A program made the position numbers and the translations under genes. From the NCBI RefSeq assembly GCF_001194135.2, contig NC_068982.1, forward strand, positions 113,437,485 through 113,501,484: a stretch of 64,000 nucleotides of DNA, read 5' to 3'. Shown piece after piece: positions 51,730-64,000 of this stretch. Each line of letters starts with the position of its first letter. Within the stretch, counting starts at the first letter, position 1. The notes beneath the pieces are model-generated. The model was not told the DNA's origin. It did not search any database and saw only the letters and a program-made list of their open reading frames with translations. This DNA comes from Octopus bimaculoides (Eukaryota).

Positions 51730-51730
<1 letters not shown>
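51490..51730 (+). mobile_element. Degenerate SINE
   Basis: A-box-like atggccaagtgtt and B-box-like gggttcagtct. The tail ttgtcatattctgtgtcacg..gaattacgtta resembles 12839-12885. Confidence 0.55.
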
Positions 51731-51772
<42 letters not shown>

Positions 51773-51884
51773 TCTGCGGAATGGTCAGGCACATACACGT
51801 TAATTCAGTCGGAAGTTAGTAAACTGTACAGTTGAATTCTTATTACTACATGAAAGAGAGCCACCACCACCGTGGATTAATCTT

Positions 51885-52268
51885 TTATTATCTTTTACTT
51901 ATTTCATTCATTGGACAGTGACCATGCTAGAGCATTGTCTTCGATGGTTTACTCGAGCAAATTGACCTTAATACTTATTCTTAAAGTCTGGCACTTATTC
52001 CATCGGTGTCTTTTGCCGAACTACTATGTTATGGGGATGTAAACAAACCGGCACTGATTGTCAAGCAGTGGTGGGAGAAAAACACAAAGACACGCATAAC
52101 ACACACACACCCACACACATACACACACACACCACCACCACCACCACCACCACCACCACACATACAATGGGCTTCTTTCAGTTTCTGTCTACCAAATCCA
52201 CTTACAAGGCTTGGGTCGGCCTGAGGCTGGAGTGGAAGACATTTGCCCAAAGTGCCACACAATCGAAC
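51885..52268 (-). mobile_element. SINE with internal CA/CAC microsatellite
   Basis: Bipartite structure matching the copies at 6635 and 36235. Confidence 0.85.
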
Positions 52269-52309
52269 TAATGGGGGAATACATGAATGAATGAATGATG
52301 AATGAACGA

Positions 52310-53060
52310 ATGAAGGGTGTCTCAGATACATCCAGTCCGCGTCACAGACTTCGGTCTCGTGTTGTAGCTGTTCACTCGACCAGGGCCTTCCCATCCAATC
52401 TTTCATGTCATCGATCAATCTGCGTTTATGGTGCCAACGATACCGTTTATTATCTACCCAATTCCTGAAGATGTAGGTACAAGGTCTCTGAGTTTCATTG
52501 ACGTGGCCAAAATAATACAAATTTTACCGTGTGAGCATCGTCACTAGCTTTCGTTTCATTTTGTTTCTTTTCCGGAACTCAATCGTTCGTTCTATGGGCC
52601 ATCTAATTAACCCACAGTGCTCACTTGTAACACATCATCGCGAACCTCTTCAGTCGTTTGGTGTCAGTCACACTTAAGATTCATGCTTCATATCTATAAA
52701 TAGCTAATGATCATACCAGGGCTTTTGAAACTTACAGCTTCATGTTTTTGCTGACGGTGCAGTGTCTCCATATTTTATTGCGTGACCTCTGGGTTGATCT
52801 TCCTCCAACAGGGCTTGCTCTGGTTTTCTGCTCGCAGTTCACTGTTTCTTGCACAATGGAGCTCAAGTAATTGAACTTGTCAATCTAAACTAGCTTGACT
52901 CTTTAGCATTGTATGGTAAGTTACACTAGTCCCTTGCTGGTTGCTATCATCTGGTGTTTGGATACTGCTATCTAGTTGAAGTTCAATGGAGACTCAACTA
53001 ACTTTATGAACCTGTCTCAGATTGTACCTGACTATGTTACCAGTGGTACTCGTAAATGAC
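52310..53060 (-). mobile_element. RTE-clade LINE 3' remnant
   Basis: Minus strand DKFNYLSSIV, NKIWRHCTVSKNMKL..ALV, YYFGHV and KRRLIDDMKDW match RTE ORF C-terminal motifs. Confidence 0.75.
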
Positions 53061-54005
53061 CCGACACGCACACTCATAAACACAGGCAAGCACACGCATT
53101 CATTCTACGCACTTTTATTACCACACACATACACATGAGTATGTCAGTTCACACACCCATCCTCTTTCATCTCATAATGTTTCACTATTTCTATCTCCCT
53201 CCTGTAATTCGTTCGACTTTTCTACAATCAAAATTTGTTCTTTGCACAAATATTAATGTTTACTTTTAATTTTGTTTAAATCAACACCCTTCTCCATCCT
53301 CAAAGCTTTTATTGACTGGAGTGAATAATTCTGTAATTGAATTCTGAAAGAATTTTACAGAAATTATTCGAAATTGCATAAAACAAAATGGGATATTATT
53401 ATATTTGGTAAAATGAATTATTATTTTAAGGTTTATACAAGGCACGAACATGAGTCATATCAGAGGTTAAATATCAGAAATTAGCCAACGGCTGTGCTGA
53501 ATGAGATTGAATTTAATAACCGTTATATGGGAGTGTGACGCGGTAAAATGATTTTTAACGAGATTGCAATGTATCTGTGCAAAATTAAAATTCTATTTTA
53601 GTAATAATTGAAAGATAGATTAATTATTAGAGAGTTGCATGAGAATTAACAGAAAACTGACTGCAGAGAAATCAACGTTTTCTTTAAGTGGTGTTTAAGC
53701 CATTTGTACTCTGTGCTTAGTCGTACAGCTAATCATTTTATACTAACTTTAAAGCTAGAAAAATATGGATTTTTAAATGAAAATGGATGACAACATTTTC
53801 AACAGAAGAGGAAATAAATTTCCTTCTGCATATATAAGTAACATGTTTAAGAAATCAGTTTACTAATTAACCAATTAAAGCATGAAAATTTTAGGTAATG
53901 CTTAGTATGGATTTGGAACGTGAGATTTAATGAATGGTGAAAAGTCGAGTTGGATATGGCAGATGACTTAGGGAGAGTAAGGTTTGCATCGTGCTAGTTC
54001 ATGTG

Positions 54006-54174
<169 letters not shown>

Positions 54175-57100
54175 ACCTCAAAAGGGGCAAGTGAATATTT
54201 GTCCATCTCCTTGATGATATTCTTTTGAAATTATTCTACGCTATTTGTGTGTTGTTGCAGTTTTACGAGAAGTAATCCAATGTGAATTTCGCTATTGATT
54301 AAAGCTGATTTTTTTTTTTCTGTATGATTTTGTGATGCCGTCTTCACTAACAATGTAATGTATGTAACAGCGATATGGAAGATAAAATGCTGCATTTGTA
54401 TTAGATATGTGGTAAACGCCTTAAAGGCCAGCTTCTTTAACAACTCGGCCAATTCACCGCCACCTAAATCTCTGAACTGTAAGAGTTTTTTTTTCATTCT
54501 CCAGCAATTTAAACTTGGGGTTTAAGCTGACGAAGGAAACGAAACCACTTTTCAGAATCTCCAATATTGAATTGAGAAGCATATATACTTGATTACTGTG
54601 AAAATTCATACAGATCCTAATTAATTGATTAATATATAATTTCCTTTATGTTGCTGCAGTTAACTCGCTTTTGATACACTGTTTATACTATCTACAAAGC
54701 TTGGCAGTGTGTAATCCAATAAACGATCTAAATAAATATCGACACGCTTCGTTTGATACTGAAACTAAGTTAGTGTGGCAAAAATAACTGGATCAGCTTA
54801 GTGGCAATAGAAAGATTTTGTGGATCAGAGTCCATACATCTTATCTTCTTTCAGTCACCAGGTACCGATAATATGATAAATACCAGTAATGCATCGTGTC
54901 CTAATTCACTGATTATACTAACACTTCTACGAAATCTACTTATTGTTTAACCCTAGTTCTGTCCAATCAGATCTATGATTAAACCATTCCATTTATGACC
55001 ATTATGGCTTGTTCTCAGATGATGTGTCCATTACTAAATTATCCAATTTGTCCTTCACATTTCAAGATTGCAATGTATGGTGTGAGAATTCGGTTGCTAT
55101 ATCTAACAGGTTGAATGACTTTGGATGTTGAAGCAGAGACAGGAATACATTTCTTAGCACCAAAGGTAAATTGCAAGATTATACAAAAACTTAAACGTCC
55201 ATCCGTGCTGGGAAAAATTAATAAATCTTTAATTTCACAAATTCATGCGTACGCATGCTGTCATACTAAGCAATATTAATTAAATTGTTAAGAAAGATTC
55301 ATTAACCAGTTGATTAAATACTTTAAACACTGAAACACTAAAAAGCACCAAAGACGCCAGAGAGTGTAGTGTTTTAAATTCAATTGAATTTCTTACTGTG
55401 CATCTTAATGGGAATGTTATTTTTGAGATGCAATATAGGAATGATGGTTTTCAGGATTATCATCATATGTTTAGGAATCAATTCGTTCTAAGCTAAATCT
55501 AAAGCGAAACTGTTCACTTCAGAAAACAGTCTCTAGAACTATATTATCTAATAATTTTTTTATATTTTTTTAATGCAAGCGTTTATTTGAGAATGATTTG
55601 GGCACTATTTCTAGCAGACTGTGTGGCCAAACTTTATTTTATGTAATTTTCATGGTTTGATCCTTCAAAAGTGGACGTTTTTCAATAATTACAAAGGATT
55701 TATGAAGTTACAAAATAGATAAACTATAAAATTTCGAAGTGAAAGTATTATCCGATTGTAAATAAGTAAACTCGAGTTGCAAGTTAACAGAAGTTTTATC
55801 TGGCATCATATCAAAAGGAGTTTAGCATATTCGAAGTTCGAGCTTGTGGTTTGTATATTTAGAAACCGCTTTGGAAAGAAATCCGAAATTACTCCAAAAT
55901 ATTGAAACATTCTGTAACATACTTTGCTATCGATTCTGTTTTTCTGTTTTTCAAATGCTGAAGAATCTATCACACAATTTTTTATATAGTTCAGTTATAA
56001 AAATTTTCAGCATTGAATATGTTTTCGATGTTATTGACTAGAATAGAGGTAATGATCTAATTCAGTTCATATAATTTCAAACTAAAATCATTTCTGCGGC
56101 CAGTCGGCCTAAAATGTAAAACTGCATAATCATTTTAATAAAACTTTTGTCTATCTCGTGTATCACACGTGACACGCAGGATATATTTCCCTTGTGCCCA
56201 TGCATCTTATATGATACACATTCCCAATTTTTTCAACTACCAGAGTAACGTGGGACTTATGAAGGGAAAACTTTATATCACTTGGAACGTATGATACAAG
56301 GGCTAACTAAAAAAATTGAAAACAAGCGTGAATGTTTAGGAAAAACATATGAAAATACTTTGGACAGGCAAAGCCTTGATAGAAATAGCTCCAAAATTTA
56401 TGAAAAATTCGTCTTACAGTTCAAGGAAGTGCTTGAGCATACGCCCTTTGCATAGCCAACAAACCATACAAAATTACAATAGATCACCATAATTTCTTTC
56501 AACTCACCATTGTTCAGTTCCTTTTGTTATGAAGTTAATACATTAACTTGACACTTTATCACATTTTCTATCCTAAGAGAATGTGCACACATATTTTGTT
56601 GATGAATAAAGCAATTAAATTATCATATCAAAATCCAGTTGATATCCGTTCAGTTTTCTTTGTTAAAGCTAAAAGTTTTGAGATCTTATCATGAATGTAG
56701 TTCCGATCCTAATTACGCCCCTGGGTTTTCTGTCATTTTCATTTTTTCTGTATGGTTAATCGAAATCATTATTTTTGAAAGCAATAAACACGATTTTAAT
56801 GACCTTTACTTGCGGTAGTCCCATACATTGATTTTAAAGTAAATAAATGCTTCCATATTGTAAAGTTCGTCTTTGTTCTACGACTAGTCTGAGCAACTGC
56901 ATCGTATGTATGTTGTCGCCTCTGTAACTATCGAATATGACGCATACGTTTTATCATTTTCCATATACTTTATTTTACCAGAAACTGTCTCGTTATAAAC
57001 TAATATTTTCAAGTATATGCTCTTTAACAACAAGATGTATTTCGCTTTCTTTCAAATTGTCGAACGCTCTTCGTGAAATACTTATGTTATGAAAGTGCTT

Positions 57101-57748
57101 TTTATAATATATCATTTTGAAATGAGATTGATATTTCCACGAATATTCTTTTAAACAGCTAGCTTGTCAGAGACATTCAGCTTCTTGTATTTTTTGTTCT
57201 TTGACAAATATCTGAGTGTTACATAGTACTCCATTTTTATAAACAACTTAATCTTCACAAATAAGACATACATATACCTTCCATTTACTTTCACCAAACA
57301 TAAAATTTATATCTAACGCTTGGGCATTTGTCATTTAACAAAGACGTTTAGTCAACAGTTTGTTTTCCAATTGTTTTCCCTGGCAAAATACGTTACTTTA
57401 ATGCAATTCAGTTCATGACACCAGTTTCGACATCATATACCATCTCCATATACATGACACCAATTTCGGCATCATATACCATCTCCCACGAAAATGTAGC
57501 TTGGACAAAAATGTTGATTCCGAGTGACTGCTCATTACCAATCATAAATCTTAATATGACAACAGTGCCCGCAAACAGGGGTTTTATCTTGTTGAGTGAC
57601 AAACGCTAGGTGTTGAATGGTTGTAATAAACATGTAACTATTTCGTTGTCAATTTGTATTCGTTTTGAGTCAGGATTAATATCATGAGAGAAATATCACA
57701 GCACACGGAAATGTGTTTATGTCGTTGAAAACAAGTCTTTGTGACACA

Positions 57749-57792
57749 CACACACACTCACTCTCTCTCTCTCTTCCTCTCTCTTTCTCTCT

Positions 57793-57868
<76 letters not shown>
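57749..57868. repeat. (CT)n microsatellite running into gap N 57869-58120
   Basis: Seen directly. Confidence 0.95.
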
Positions 57869-60677
57869 NNNNNNNNNNNNNNNNNNNNNNNNNNNNNNNN
57901 NNNNNNNNNNNNNNNNNNNNNNNNNNNNNNNNNNNNNNNNNNNNNNNNNNNNNNNNNNNNNNNNNNNNNNNNNNNNNNNNNNNNNNNNNNNNNNNNNNNN
58001 NNNNNNNNNNNNNNNNNNNNNNNNNNNNNNNNNNNNNNNNNNNNNNNNNNNNNNNNNNNNNNNNNNNNNNNNNNNNNNNNNNNNNNNNNNNNNNNNNNNN
58101 NNNNNNNNNNNNNNNNNNNNCCCCCAAATATACTAAACCTCATACTTGAAAAGGGTGCAGTATCTGAAGTACGAGAGTTTAACGTGTCGTGTTAATCCCA
58201 TTTCTACCATTGAAGTTCCTTCATCAGCTTCGATATAAATGATGGTCCTTTTTTTGCAGTAAAAATAATTCTATATAACTCAAATTACATTTCCATGTTT
58301 CTTAACGTCTTCAGAGTTTATATGAACGTTTGGTTCCAAAACCTTTACATTAAACATATATTGCATCGGAATTACTTAATATAGCTTGAAGTATAATATA
58401 TTTAGTTGATTTATGTTTAAAATAGAGAACTTAGTCCTCTTAACTCCCACCTGATACTGAATTTATTTAGAAATTGTAGAACGTCTTCATTCATTCTTAT
58501 GAATAGGAGGCGTGAGAGTAGTTCAACAGATTCCTCTCGTGTAGTCGATTGTCTTGCCTGTGATTTTATGCTCTCATGCCATTCTCATCTCATTCCATTG
58601 ATTATATTGATTATATATCAAATGAAATAACCTGTTTCACCCTGCTTCCTCACACCCATCAATTAATTAATATCCCTTAAGATTTATCATATCTCTAATA
58701 TCTTACTCAGATCATTTATTTGATATCAACAAGTCGTATCAAGTTTTCATTTTTTCCTACTTTTTCCTTTCTATGTACCTATTATATCCCATTAGGTTTC
58801 CAAGAAATCTAATACAGCTTTGGAGTTTAATATAATATAACTCTACAGTCGTAATCAATAAAAAGAGAGGGTATATGAATCCAGCTTCCGAGTGGCATGA
58901 GATGAGGGTATGTTATAAACTTCAACTGAAGCGCCTGGTCAATCGAAATTTATCGGTGATCTCATAACACTTTTTCTCCTTTTTTTTATTTTTATTCTCC
59001 GAAAAGAAATTAAGCCGAGAAAGAACTAGATTTTCGCAGCAAGAAATCGAATGGATTAGAGGAATAATACTCTTGGGAATAACTTAAAGAAAACCGATCC
59101 GAATTCTCTATTGCTTAATGAATGAAAGACGAACGAGCAAAGTTTTGAAGGAGTGTGTTACGCAGTAGTTGACCGTGGCCCAGCCGTTAATATTGCTTTT
59201 GCCAGAGGCGTCGCTTACATCAATGATAATGAAAGCAAGGTTCAATAAATTCTAGCAGTAGTAAAAGCACTAATGAGCTGTTTGATCGCTTACCGCAATC
59301 AATCTTCATTTAGCATTAGAATTCGAACATCAAGGCTGACATTACCAATATAAGGACAATAAAGAGATGGCTTTCGAATTTCTATTTTCAAAGATGTTCA
59401 AGAAAACGTAGTTTTAATCCTTTTTTCCGAAGCTGAGATTGTTCAAAGACGATTCTAACAAAGAACTGAATCACAATTAAAAGATGCATCAGAAAAAAAT
59501 ATAGAGCAAATTATTTCTCAGAAAAGAAAAATCTTTGCAGCATTGATTGTTCAAGCTACCCGTGAATTCTAATGAACTGGCTAATTTCTTCACAAAATTA
59601 AGAGGAAGAAAAGGTGTGCGTGTGTACGTAAAACTTTGAAAAGCAGAAACAGTGAGCAGAAGAGAAAAAGCGAAGAAAAAATAAATAATTGAGATAGGGC
59701 AAAGGAAATGATTACGAGGCGAGGAGATAAGAAGGAAAGAGAAAATTACAACACAGATAAAAATGAGGCAGTGGGAGGAAAGTATAAGGTAGAGAAGAAA
59801 ATGGAGAAGCGTTGAAAGTGATAAAGGCAATATTAGCTTAAAAGGAAGTCAGGAAAGGAAACAGGGAAAGATAAAGTGTGATTCAAACTAAAAGGAAAGT
59901 TGGAGTAATATATATGTGTGTGTATATGTAAACACGCACACGTTATACATATCAATATATGTATAATCACACACACACACATGCACGAACTAACTGGCAG
60001 CAAGTGATCCTTCAAGCATGTCGTGATGAGGACTTCAAAATAATTCGGGTGATGTGGATTTCTTGTAGTGATGAGTATATATCCCCACACTGATTTCTTT
60101 TCGTTTGAAAACACATCACGGTCATGAACGTTGTTCTTTGTTTTGTTTTTGCTTTTGTTGTTTTTTTTTCATCATTTCAATCCTCAATCCTAGTTGAACA
60201 AATCTATAATCGAAGTAATTCTAGCTGTGACCGTCCTGTTTCACACAGTTGCATCTCAAACTGCCTTATCTAATGCATCTTCAGTGTTAGTTGTAGACCG
60301 TAGAGCAGGTTTTCAGAGACTTTGTTACTATTTCTAATATATCGAGCGACCAGATAGATGCTTATTCATTGACTCCCATACCGAATCTACTAAACTGAAT
60401 GTCCCACTGAGTCAGTAACAATGTAGCACTGGAAGATTGTGATAAACGGTTTGTTCTATAATATTGTATAATAAACAGACATGAAGCACAAGTTGATTGA
60501 TGATGATCAATACCAACAATGATATCTGAGCAAGAAAACACGTAATTATAAGTGTATCCTCCGAATAGGTATGACTTTATACGAAAATATGTATTATACG
60601 GTACTGTCAAAGTTTTGTGGAAAAGAAGTTTTCTCTGCACTCATATGGTCCATGCAGCGATGTGTTATAGACCACTA

Positions 60678-61552
60678 TGGGGTGGTATCAAAAAGTTCCC
60701 GGACTAGTTCCTGTAGCGCGCCAACATATAGCACATGCGAAGTGAGAGCTAGAAATGCTCTTCATGAGGCAGTGTGCCGAGTGACATCGTTGTGTTTACT
60801 TTGAAAGTTGTAAAACTTGTGTTTTGGTGATCACGTGTATGCTGTAGTTTGCGATTTTGTTATGCACAGGAACAAAGAGACAACGTGAGATTTTGCATTA
60901 AACTTGGGACGTCTGATACAGAAACATTGAGCATGCTTTGGCAAACTTATGACGACGAGGTAACGGGTCGTAGGCAATGTTTGAGTGACACGAGCCCTTC
61001 AAAGGCGGAAGGTAGTCCCTGAAAGACTATGAGCGATCTGGAAAACCTGCCACGGGCGTCACTCCCGGAAATGTGGTGTTGTGCATCGAGAATTCGGCCC
61101 CAAGAGCCAGACCGTCAATCGTGAGTTCAACTGGGAATTTTTGAAGCGTTTGAAGGAGGATGTACAGCGAAAGCGACCGGATCTGTAGAGCACAAAGAAT
61201 TGGCTTCTTCTTCGAGCTCTCCTAAGTCGTGAGTTTCTCGCCAAAAGCAACATGGTATCGCTTCTGCACCCACCCTATTCGCCCGATTTAGTACCTGCGG
61301 ACGTCCATCTCTTCCCCAAGATGAAAATACAGCTCAAAGGTCGCTGTTGTTGGGATCCAGACCGAATCCCAGAAGGTCTTCGACTCGCTTACGAAATACG
61401 ATTTCTAGGCTGGATTCCAAAAGTAGCAGGAACGCTGGGACCGCTGTATTCCTATGCAAGGCGACTCTTTCGAAGGAAGCGATGTTAAAACTTAGGTAAA
61501 TAAATTGTTTTATAAAAGATAACTAGTCCGGGAACATTTTCATACCACCTCG
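60678..61552 (+). mobile_element. Internally deleted mariner relic (second family)
   Basis: ~31-bp TIRs (c/t)g(a/g)ggtggtat(c/g)aaaa(a/t)gttcccggactagtt; TA on the left, TT on the right. Transposase fragments FCIKLGTSDTETLSML, VVHREF..TVNREF and HPPYSPDLVPADVHLFPKMK. Confidence 0.92.
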
Positions 61553-61629
61553 TTCGCTGCGCAATTCGCAGGCCTTTTAACTTAGTTTCCAATATCCTTT
61601 CATTGGACCTTTGATAGAAAATTTGTAAA

Positions 61630-61713
61630 ATGTGTGTCATGTTTTGTGTGTGTGTCACGTTTTGTATGTGTTTGTGTGTATGTGTGTGTGTATTGCGTTT
61701 TGTATATGTTTGT

Positions 61714-61805
<92 letters not shown>

Positions 61806-61975
61806 CCGAGCGTGTATGCGAGTGTGTGAGTGTGTGTGTGAGTGTGTGTGTGAGAGTGTGCAAGTGTGTGTATGTGTGTGTGAGTGTGTTTGTGTGTATG
61901 TGTGTGTGTATGTGTGTGCGAGTGTGTGTGTGTGTGTATGTGTGTGTGTATGTGTGTGTGTATGTGTGTGTCAGT
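61630..61975. repeat. Complex (TG)n / TGTA / TGAG microsatellite
   Basis: Seen directly. Confidence 0.95.
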
Positions 61976-62309
61976 GAATGCTTGGGTGAGTGAGAAAGTG
62001 GGAGAGACAGAATTCGTGTTCATGTGTGCATGTGTGAGCCAATGTCACATTCCATGCCACTGCTTATGTTTAGAATATACATATATGCGCTCGAGCGCAT
62101 GTGTGTATGTACATTTATTCTTTTCTCTCTATTCTTCTCTCTCTTTATTTGTCCTTCCTTAGAAGAGGGTATGCTTAGAACATTAAACATTTCTTCCAAT
62201 TTTCCTGAGCCTCAACTACGCCGTTATCTTACCTCGTCTTCGTGTTGTTCCGTTATACAAAATTTTTTTTTTCAGAGTGAGATAAAAACCAAAGCTGTGA
62301 AGATTTTAG

Positions 62310-63208
62310 GGATCTTTGTGATTTGACGGGCAACACTTGTCTTCTTAACGAAACACTTTCAAACTTGGGACACTGGTAGAATGTGTCATATAAAACAACT
62401 TCTTCTCTTAACCTTCTTAACAAAAAATTGTACATCGCAAGTTATTTCATGTTAAAGTTGTCGTATTTCCGTAATTTCAACCAATCATTGACGTCTATTC
62501 AGCTGAATACAGTTACTGCTGTTCAGCGTCAAGTGTGTTATTCCCTGTTTAATTATGTCATTATTCCCTAGTAAGGGTTTAGCGTTTTANNNNNNNNNNN
62601 NNNNNNNNNNNNNNNNNNNNNNNNNNNNNNNNNNNNNNNNNNNNNNNNNNNNNNNNNNNNNNNNNNNNNNNNNNNNNNNNNNNNNNNNNNNNNNNNNNNN
62701 NNNNNNNNNNNNNNNNNNNNNNNNNNNNNNNNNNNNNNNNNNNNNNNNNNNNNNNNNNNNNNNNNNNNNNNNNNNNNNNNNNNNNNNNNNNNNNTAAAAC
62801 TAACCCTAACTCTAAAACCCGAACCCTAACACTAAAACCCTAAAGCTAAAGCCAGTACAAACGCACGAACGATGTCATAAATAACAGTAACAAACGAAAT
62901 ATATACCACTGATAGTTGTTGTTGACAACGGATAGTTTTTGTTGACAGGCAACGGCACTAATTTTATTCAAGGGAAAAAATCCCGTAACACCGTTGTTTA
63001 CATTCCCCGGCGTACTTGTTTTCACCTCAATAGACGTCAGTGATTGGTTGAAATTACCGAAATACGACAATTTTTTACATGAAATAACTTAGAATACAAA
63101 ATTTTTTATCTGTTCTATAACACAAAATATACAAGTATTCGAAGTTTGAAAGTGTTTCGGTACCAAAACACTACATTAAAAAATGTTGCCCGTCAAATCA
63201 CAAGATCC
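62310..63208. mobile_element. Non-autonomous fold-back DNA element (MITE-like) with 8-bp TSD; gap N 62590-62794 inside
   Basis: TSD GATTTTAG at 62302-62309 and 63209-63216. Termini GGATC(T)TTGTGATTTGACGGGCAACA. Further inverted blocks extend over ~200 bp at each end. Confidence 0.85.
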
Positions 63209-64000
63209 GATTTTAGAATATTTATAAATAGGTCTCACAGCTCTTTCCAGGATATTTATTATATCCCTTCATCGGAGACGGTGTGAGAAGATGGTTAAGC
63301 AATAGTTAATTTAGATACGATACAAAATAGAGAGTGAAGTGGAGGAATGAAAATAAATGTGAGATATGAAGGGATATTGCATTTGTAGATCCATTATTTA
63401 GGCAGAATGGTATACATATACGATTCCAATACCTTGTGCGTAAAATCTAATAGTATCTAAAATTGGTTATTCCAAGTATAAAGTTTGTACACAGTGCTAT
63501 TGAATTAAGGGTTTTATTTAAAGTGACCTAAAAGTAGGGAATGTATCTGTAAGGTCAAATCGAAAACAGGAAAAGAGGAATAAAGAAAAAAGAAAGAAAA
63601 ACAAGGAGAGAGGTAATAAGGGAAAGTGTACCAGTTAGTGGTCAGTCAAGATAATTTGAAAGTAAGAATGGGGAGATGAGGGTGATAGAGAGAGGAAGGT
63701 ATTAGAGTCTAAAAAGATAGAAGGAATGGGGGTGATAGAGAGAGAGGTATAAACAGTTAAGGGGTGTCAATTATGTAGTGATAGAGTCTAAGTGATGGGG
63801 CAGAGAGATGGGTAGAAGTATGGAATGAAGAGTTTAGCAACATAGATTGGACAGGTCAGTGCTTAGTAGTAGAAGAAAATATATAAGTGAAGATGTATAC
63901 ACATGTATATATTAGACATATATATATATATTTATACAGATGTTTGTACATATCAATATCTACATATACAACTTGTACATATATATATATATTTATACAG

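Noticed and set aside
52907-52915. 9-nt micro-exon-like segment (ctctttag|CATTGTATG|gtaagt)
   Set aside because: It is antisense within the RTE remnant's coding sequence and likely chance.
62570-62850. Ancestral telomere-telomere fusion site
   Set aside because: The repeats are short and degenerate and sit inside a TIR- and TSD-bounded element, so transposon origin is simpler.

Overview
AT-rich, repeat-dominated eukaryotic genomic DNA from a gapped draft assembly with seven N runs. The SINE families, LINE types and microsatellite load look like a coleoid cephalopod, most like Octopus (inference from recalled repeat sequences, not a database search). No intact host protein-coding gene, rRNA, true tRNA or CRISPR array can be supported. 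Most listed ORFs are microsatellite or transposon derived. The window holds: two R4/Dong-clade retrotransposon copies next to TAA/TTA repeats; three CR1/L2-group LINE remnants; an RTE remnant; a Tx1/L1-like ORF1-only derivative; a Penelope-like remnant; a probable LTR; a full-length but decayed 2.4-kb piggyBac with TTAA ends; two mariner relics; a fold-back DNA element with an 8-bp TSD and an inverted telomere-like core; and more than 15 tRNA-derived SINE copies or fragments. The most interesting items are the fold-back element (62310-63208), the TAA 'landing pad' of SINEs plus Dong (40590-43233), a pair of candidate micro-exons (8678-8687, 9119-9133) and the piggyBac's asymmetric ends. None is proven to be a novel system. 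Remnant boundaries are approximate unless a TSD or TIR defines them.
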